Below are positions 57,017-64,000 of a DNA stretch of 64,000 nt, piece after piece. Source of the DNA: the human T2T-CHM13v2.0 reference genome, Homo sapiens. The notes beneath the pieces were generated by a model. The model saw only the letters and a list, made by a program, of their open reading frames with translations. It was not told where the DNA came from and did not search any database. Within the stretch, counting starts at the first letter, position 1. Every line of letters begins with the position of its first letter. The stretch is from NCBI RefSeq assembly GCF_009914755.1, contig NC_060927.1; one strand, written 5' to 3'. The position numbers and the translations under genes were made by a program.

Positions 57017-59824
57017 TCACGCCTGTAATCCCTTAATCCCAGCTACTCAGGAGGCAGAGGCACAAAAATTGCTTGAACCTGGGAGGCGGATGTTGCAGTG
57101 ACATTAAAATATTAAAATATGAATTATTATATGAATTATTAATATGATACAGAAAAGTGAAATATAAATTTAGATCTCTTAATAACAATTCAAAGAAGCA
57201 TCTTTCTAAAAAATTATAAAATGGTTTTTCTCTACAAATACTGATATAAAACAGTTCAAAATTACTTTCTAGGGGCCAAGCACGGTGGCTCATGCCTATA
57301 ATCCCAGCACTTTGGGGGGCCGAGGCGGGTGGATCACCTGAGGTCAGGAGTTTGAGACCAGTCTGACCAACATGGAGAAACCCTGTCTCTACTAAAAATG
57401 CAAAATTAGCTGGGCATGGTGGCGGACATCTGTAATCCCAGCTACTTGGGAGGCAGAGGCAGGAGAATCACACTCCAGCCTGGGAAACCAAAAAAAAAAA
57501 AAAGGTTTCAAATTAAAGGAGTAAAAAATAGATAAAGCTAAATAAGTAAAGAAAGTTTGGAGGGCAATGTAAAATGTAAAACGTTTATAAAAATCTTGTA
57601 TGGTTAAAAGATAATAGATTTGATCAATTTATTTGTAAGGTTGTATTAAAATTAGCTTTAGTATTGATAGTTTACTAATACCAAAGTAAAATTTTGTTTT
57701 CTCTTTTGAACAAAAATGTCATGTAGTATTAATAAGACAATAAAATATTTTTGTTCATCCTTTGAGTAAACTGCAAAAAGAATAAAGAAAGAAGAGAAGA
57801 GACAGATTCTGTCTCATACAGTCTTTTTCAGGTCTTTTGATTGTTCAGAAAACTGAGTCTCCTGTATCTAAGACTACAGGTTTTGGGTTTTTTAAGAAAT
57901 CTTTTAATTATCACTTTGGCTAAATAAATAACTATTATTTTACGGTGACCTGTGATGCTATTTTGGTCAAGTGTTTTAAACCTTTGACATATTTAATAGG
58001 CTTCCCAAAATCAAATATCAGCTTCAAAATTAAGTCTTTTTTGACCTCTAACTTTGGGATGCTACAGTTGGTTCCTGAAATATCCAAAAGAGAGAGAAAC
58101 AGGATTATTTTCCATATTACATTACATGGGAAGCACTGTCAAATAAGAAATGATGTTTAAAAAAAGATGTTTAATCTTCTTCAAGTTATATTTAAATGAA
58201 TATGCTATTAATATCTGTTCCAAAATTATATGGGATTTCTAAAATTCTAATATGTCTGGGTATATGCTATCAGTCATACTTATGGTCATCATGTTAAGTT
58301 TTTGTAGGCCACAGATATAACCAAATTTCCGTATCAATTGTGTCTTTAACTATGACCATTTAAAGTCATTTCCACAGTTAACTGCTTACTTCTGGTGCAG
58401 TTTTCCTGAAAACTTCAGAAGCATGCAAAATCCTAGACTACTGAGTCTTTTTTTTTTTTTTTTTTTTGAGGCAAGGTCTTGCTCTGTTGCCTAAGCTGGA
58501 ATGCAGTGGCATGATCTTGGCTCACTGCAACCTCAGCCTCCCAAGTAGCTGGGAGTACAGGTGTGAGCCACCACACCTGGCTAATGTTGGTATTTTTTAG
58601 TAGAGATGGGATTTCACTATGTTGGCCAGGCTGGTCTCAAACTTCTGTCCTCAACTGATCTGCCTGCCTTGGCCACACAAAATGCTGGGATTACAGGCAT
58701 GAACCACTGTGCCTGGCTGAGTATTGAGTCTTTAAGGAGGTTCACGAAAGGATGGAAAGGATTGTGAAAAGCACTCTTGAATACAGATTTCTGATAACTT
58801 TAGATCATATCATTTGGACTGAGTAAGAATTCCCAGAACTCTAATAAAGAGAGTGACTGGTTCATGAAGCTGCCAAACCAAGCAGGACAAAAACTAATTG
58901 AATACCAAGAAAATACTTTGCCAGATTTTCACACTAAATCAGAAATTATTTAGATATACAATTTGAATGAACTACATGGTCCAAGTCAAATTACCTATGA
59001 TAACCCACCAGTTATCAGTGCTATGCACCTAAATTGGAAAAATAACTGGTAATTAAGAGGACCTAAGACCGGTGTTAAGTATGGACTCATGGAGACTCTG
59101 GATAGCTTCCTTGTCCTTCCTGAGTCCTTAAAGCTTTCGTTATTAAAATCTCTGCATTTTGTGACTCATCATGGAAGAGATAAAATGATCCAAATTAAAT
59201 ATAGATATTGGTGTGGTGACTGTTCCAAATTTCTAAAAAAAGGCTGGGCACAGTGGCTCACACCTGTAATCCCAACAATTTAGGAGGCCATAGTGGAACT
59301 ATCACAGGCCCAGGACTTCGAGGCCAGCCTGGGCAACATAGTGAGACCCTGTCTCTATAAAATATAAAGAATAAATAAATTCCAGAAATAGCTTATAACC
59401 AATATTTGGTTTGGCAAACCCACATTCCTGGTGAGACAATCAAAACTTCAGATACATTTCTGCTATCTGATGGGCATTTAATCATTTATAGCGGGATTTC
59501 ATTCAATTGCCATTTTCTTATTATTATTATTAACAGCATCTCTTACCCTGTCACCCAGGCTGGAGGGCAGTGGCACAATTTCAGCTTACTGCAACCTCCA
59601 CCTCCCAGGTTCAAGCAATCCTTCTGCCTCAGCTTGCTGAGTAACTGGGACTACAAGTATGTGCCACCACGCCCAGCTAATTTTTTTTTTTTTTTTTTTT
59701 TTGTAGAGACAGGGTTTCACCATGTTGGCCAGGCTGGTCTCAAACTCCTGAGCTCAAGCAGTCTGCCTGCCTCAGCCCCCTAAAGTGCTAGGATTACAGG
59801 CATGAGCCACCATGCCCAGTCTGA

Positions 59825-60278
<454 letters not shown>

Positions 60279-60952
60279 TAGGACCTGAAGATGAGTTCAG
60301 GTTCTGAGAACATCAGAAACAAACCGCCCTTGCCATCTACACTGCAGCAAAACTTCAGGACCTTGAACCTTGGATTCATTATCTCACAACTCAGAAAGGC
60401 CCTTCTACACTCTTGGAACTGTACGCCCATTGGAAACCTTAAGGTAAAGCTTACCAGGGAAGTTTCTCCCCAGAAGAAGACAGCATCCTTGACTTGGACA
60501 GCTTTTCCCCAAGATCATGAATCAAGACTTCTCTGCTATCATGAGGCTCTTATCTGTCAATTTTTCCCTTTGCTTTGCATCTATGAACAACAAAAGTGAA
60601 AAGGTGGTCTATTGTATGCACTCATGGGGTATACTTTTATTTGTGAAGGATTTTGCAACCAGCTTTATACATGCACAATCTTATGCCTCGATAGATGGAA
60701 GATGAAGGCCCAAAGTAGAGAGAAATTTTAATGGTACATTTGTTGCCTCATCAGCAGTCAGAAACATAACATTGATCCACTCTTCCTAACCTACACCATG
60801 GGTTAAAGAGGACATTGCCAGGAGGTCTTTGTTTTTCTAGATGGGCATCATTTGTTAGGTCTCTTTTCCCCATGGTTTAGAGTAAATGAAGCAAAGATTA
60901 GAAATTTACCCTTCATGATAGGCTCTATAGCAGATTCTACTGGAAAGGCTAT

Positions 60953-61661
<709 letters not shown>

Positions 61662-61675
61662 GCTATGGTTACACA

Positions 61676-61680
<5 letters not shown>

Positions 61681-61720
<40 letters not shown>

Positions 61721-62000
61721 AGACAGACTCTCACTCTGTCACCCAGACTGGAGTGCAATGGTGTGATCTAAGCTCACTGTAACTTTTGCCTGCCCGGTTC
61801 AAACAATCCTTGTGCCTCAGCCTCCCGAGTAGCTGGGACTACAGGCACGTGCCACCATGCCTGGCTAATTTTTGTACTTTTCGTAGAGATGGGGTTTCAC
61901 CATGTTGGCCAGGCTGATCTCAAACTCCTTGGCCTCAAGAGATCTGCCTGTCTTGGCCTCCCAAAGTGCTGGGATTACAGGCGTGAGCCACCATGTGGCC
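61681..62000 (-). mobile_element. AluS with ~39-nt T-tract
   Basis: Reverse-complement dimer; short TSD CCAGA. Confidence 0.92.
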
Positions 62001-62861
62001 AGACTTTAAATTCTCTTGTGTGTACCCCCCGAACTTAAAAGTTAAAAAAATTATCTTGTGAAAGTTCTGCTAAATAATAGAATTGCTCCAGATTACCTAC
62101 TAGCCAAACAGAGTAGCATCTGTGCCATTACTGGCATTTCTTGTTGCCCATGGAGAAATAAATCAGGTATTACAGAGATTTAGTTGTAGGGGATTAATGA
62201 ACAGGCTGCTTGGTTAAAGTGAGTAGACTCTTTATCTAGCTCATTCTTTGATCTATTTGATTTTAATTGGTTTGGTTCATGGGAACATTGGCTAGGGAGC
62301 ATACTCTAAACTCTTGGTATTATCCTCCTGACAAGAGCTGAAATAACTGTGTGACCATGAGGGCACTGTAACCTACGAATGACATGCTGAGACCAGAAAC
62401 CCAGAATGACTGGTCACAGAGTGGCGCTAAGGCCCTAAGTTTTGGTCACACTCTCACCTAAGTGAGAACCTGACCAAAAGCAGGGAAATTTTAAACAAAA
62501 TTATGGGAGGCCATTGTTTTGGACTAAGCTCATGCACTGGGCCCCATCAGACCAGATCAAACCAAAATGGAGTTATTCATGCTAAATGTGATATAATCAA
62601 ACTAAGACTTTAAGGAAACATGATAGACCCTAGAACAGACCAGATTTTGTTTTTCTCCCATAAACAGGACATTCCAGCACAAGGAGGTATCCTCTACTCT
62701 AAGTCTTACAAAAAAGCCTGAAGTCCTTGTTCCCACCTTATAAAACCCACTGTTCTACTAATTCCCAGTAGGTTTCAAAACCAAGTAAGTACAGTTACAA
62801 TAGTGATAGTGACATCAATGACTTAAGTTTTGGCCATCCTCTCCCAGTTGAAAGGATGACC

Positions 62862-62872
62862 AAAAGGGAAGA
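62862..62872 (+). other. Polypurine tract
   Basis: AAAAGGGAAGA just before the TG of the 3' LTR. Confidence 0.75.
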
Positions 62873-62874
62873 TT

Positions 62875-63282
62875 TGTTCAATCAAGTTTAGCCTCAAATT
62901 GCCTCGTTACATATTTTAAGTTCAGCCTAAAGGTTTCTCTGGACATAGTGAACTATAATCTAAATGAAGGTGTAAGCAGACTGTATTCTACTCTTGTGCC
63001 AATCACCAAATTTTGACCAATCAAATCAAAGGGGGCCAACTGTTCAAACCATGTTCAAATAAGGCAAATGCCAAGCTGTAACCAATCCAGCTATTTCTGT
63101 ACCTCGCATCTGTTTTCTGCATGTAACTTTCCTTTTTCTGTCCAGAAATCTTCTTCCACCACGTGGTTGCACTGGAGTCTCTCTGAGCCTACTCTGGCTC
63201 AGGGGACTGCCTGATTCGTAAATCATTCTTTGCTCAATTACATTCTGTTAAATTTAATTTGGCTAAGGATTTTCTTTTAACA
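62875..63282 (+). mobile_element. 3' LTR (MER57B-like)
   Basis: TGTTCAATCAAGTTTAGCC...TTTTAACA followed by TSD CTTT. Confidence 0.92.
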
Positions 63283-63631
63283 CTTTGTTCCAATGAAATG
63301 AAATGAAATCTGAGACGATCCTAAGATACCAGCAAGCTTCTGGCTGTCCTACAAAGCTTAAGTCAGCTCATCTGTCTGTCATACTCTGGAGAAGGGAATC
63401 AGGCCCCAGGCTCCTGTGCACCCCCTCAACACCAGAGGCCTCCTGGTGTGATCGTGTGATCACTGTTTCCAAAGAGAGCCACCATCAGTTCTTCCCTCTG
63501 TTACATGCATGGCACCCAGCTATCCAGAAGTGGAGTCTATAACACCCCCCCTTGAATCTGAGCTAGACCGTGGCTGCTTAACCAACAGCGTGTGGTGGAA
63601 GTGAGTCTGCACCACTTCTAGCCTTTAAGAG

Positions 63632-63940
63632 TGTTGACCTAAAGGAAGAGGCTGATGCACAAAATATGATCTTTTATTTTATTTGAGCTAAGATGAGAAC
63701 CTCGAAGACTCAGTCCCAAGAAACCGTGGAGCTGAGCTCTGTTCAACCTTTGTTACAAGCAGGCTTTTAAAGGCAAAAAAAAGGTGACAAGGAGTGAGCT
63801 GATACAAAGCTGCTTGTCAGGAATTCTCATTGGTTTACAGAAATAAGATTGATTGGTGTTTGGACATACATTGTTGAGCCATAGAGTATGAGTGATGGTG
63901 TCCAGTGTGCCAAATTGTTAGATTAATTTATAGCTACTTT
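63632..63940. mobile_element. LTR fragment (MER93-like) following an MLT1-like fragment (~63440-63630); an Alu begins at 63943
   Basis: TGTTGACCTAAAGGAAGAGGCTGATGCACAAAATATG start; family assignment from memory. Confidence 0.5.
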
Positions 63941-64000
63941 TAGGCCAGGCAGGGTGGCTCACGCCTGTAATCCCAGCACTTTGGGAAGTCGAGGTGGGTG

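Overview
Primate, very probably human, genomic DNA with no intact protein-coding exon. A CpG-island promoter at ~9.4-10.3 kb drives a minus-strand gene. Its non-coding first exon (~9755-10010) ends in a GT donor, so 1-9754 is intron 1. From memory this exon matches the ZNF148 (ZBP-89) 5' UTR, which needs a BLAT check. The rest is repeat-rich upstream sequence: about 60 Alus, L1/L2/MIR fragments, hAT-type DNA transposons, several solo LTRs, a 3'-truncated U6 pseudogene, and a ~9.6-kb MER57-type ERV1 provirus with both LTRs, a tRNA-Leu PBS and a reconstructable env remnant. Almost all ORFs in the track are Alu, LTR or low-complexity artefacts; the 229-aa ORF is L1 ORF2p. I found no convincing new biological system. 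The most unusual signals are five short (41-98 bp) apparently non-transposon duplications 1.6-3.2 kb apart, one embedded in an Alu tail at a thrice-repeated target site. Also notable are a fold-back Alu scar in intron 1, paired acidic and basic uORFs in exon 1, and a U6-Alu junction. Repeat subfamily names come from recalled consensus sequences, and boundaries without a TSD are approximate.
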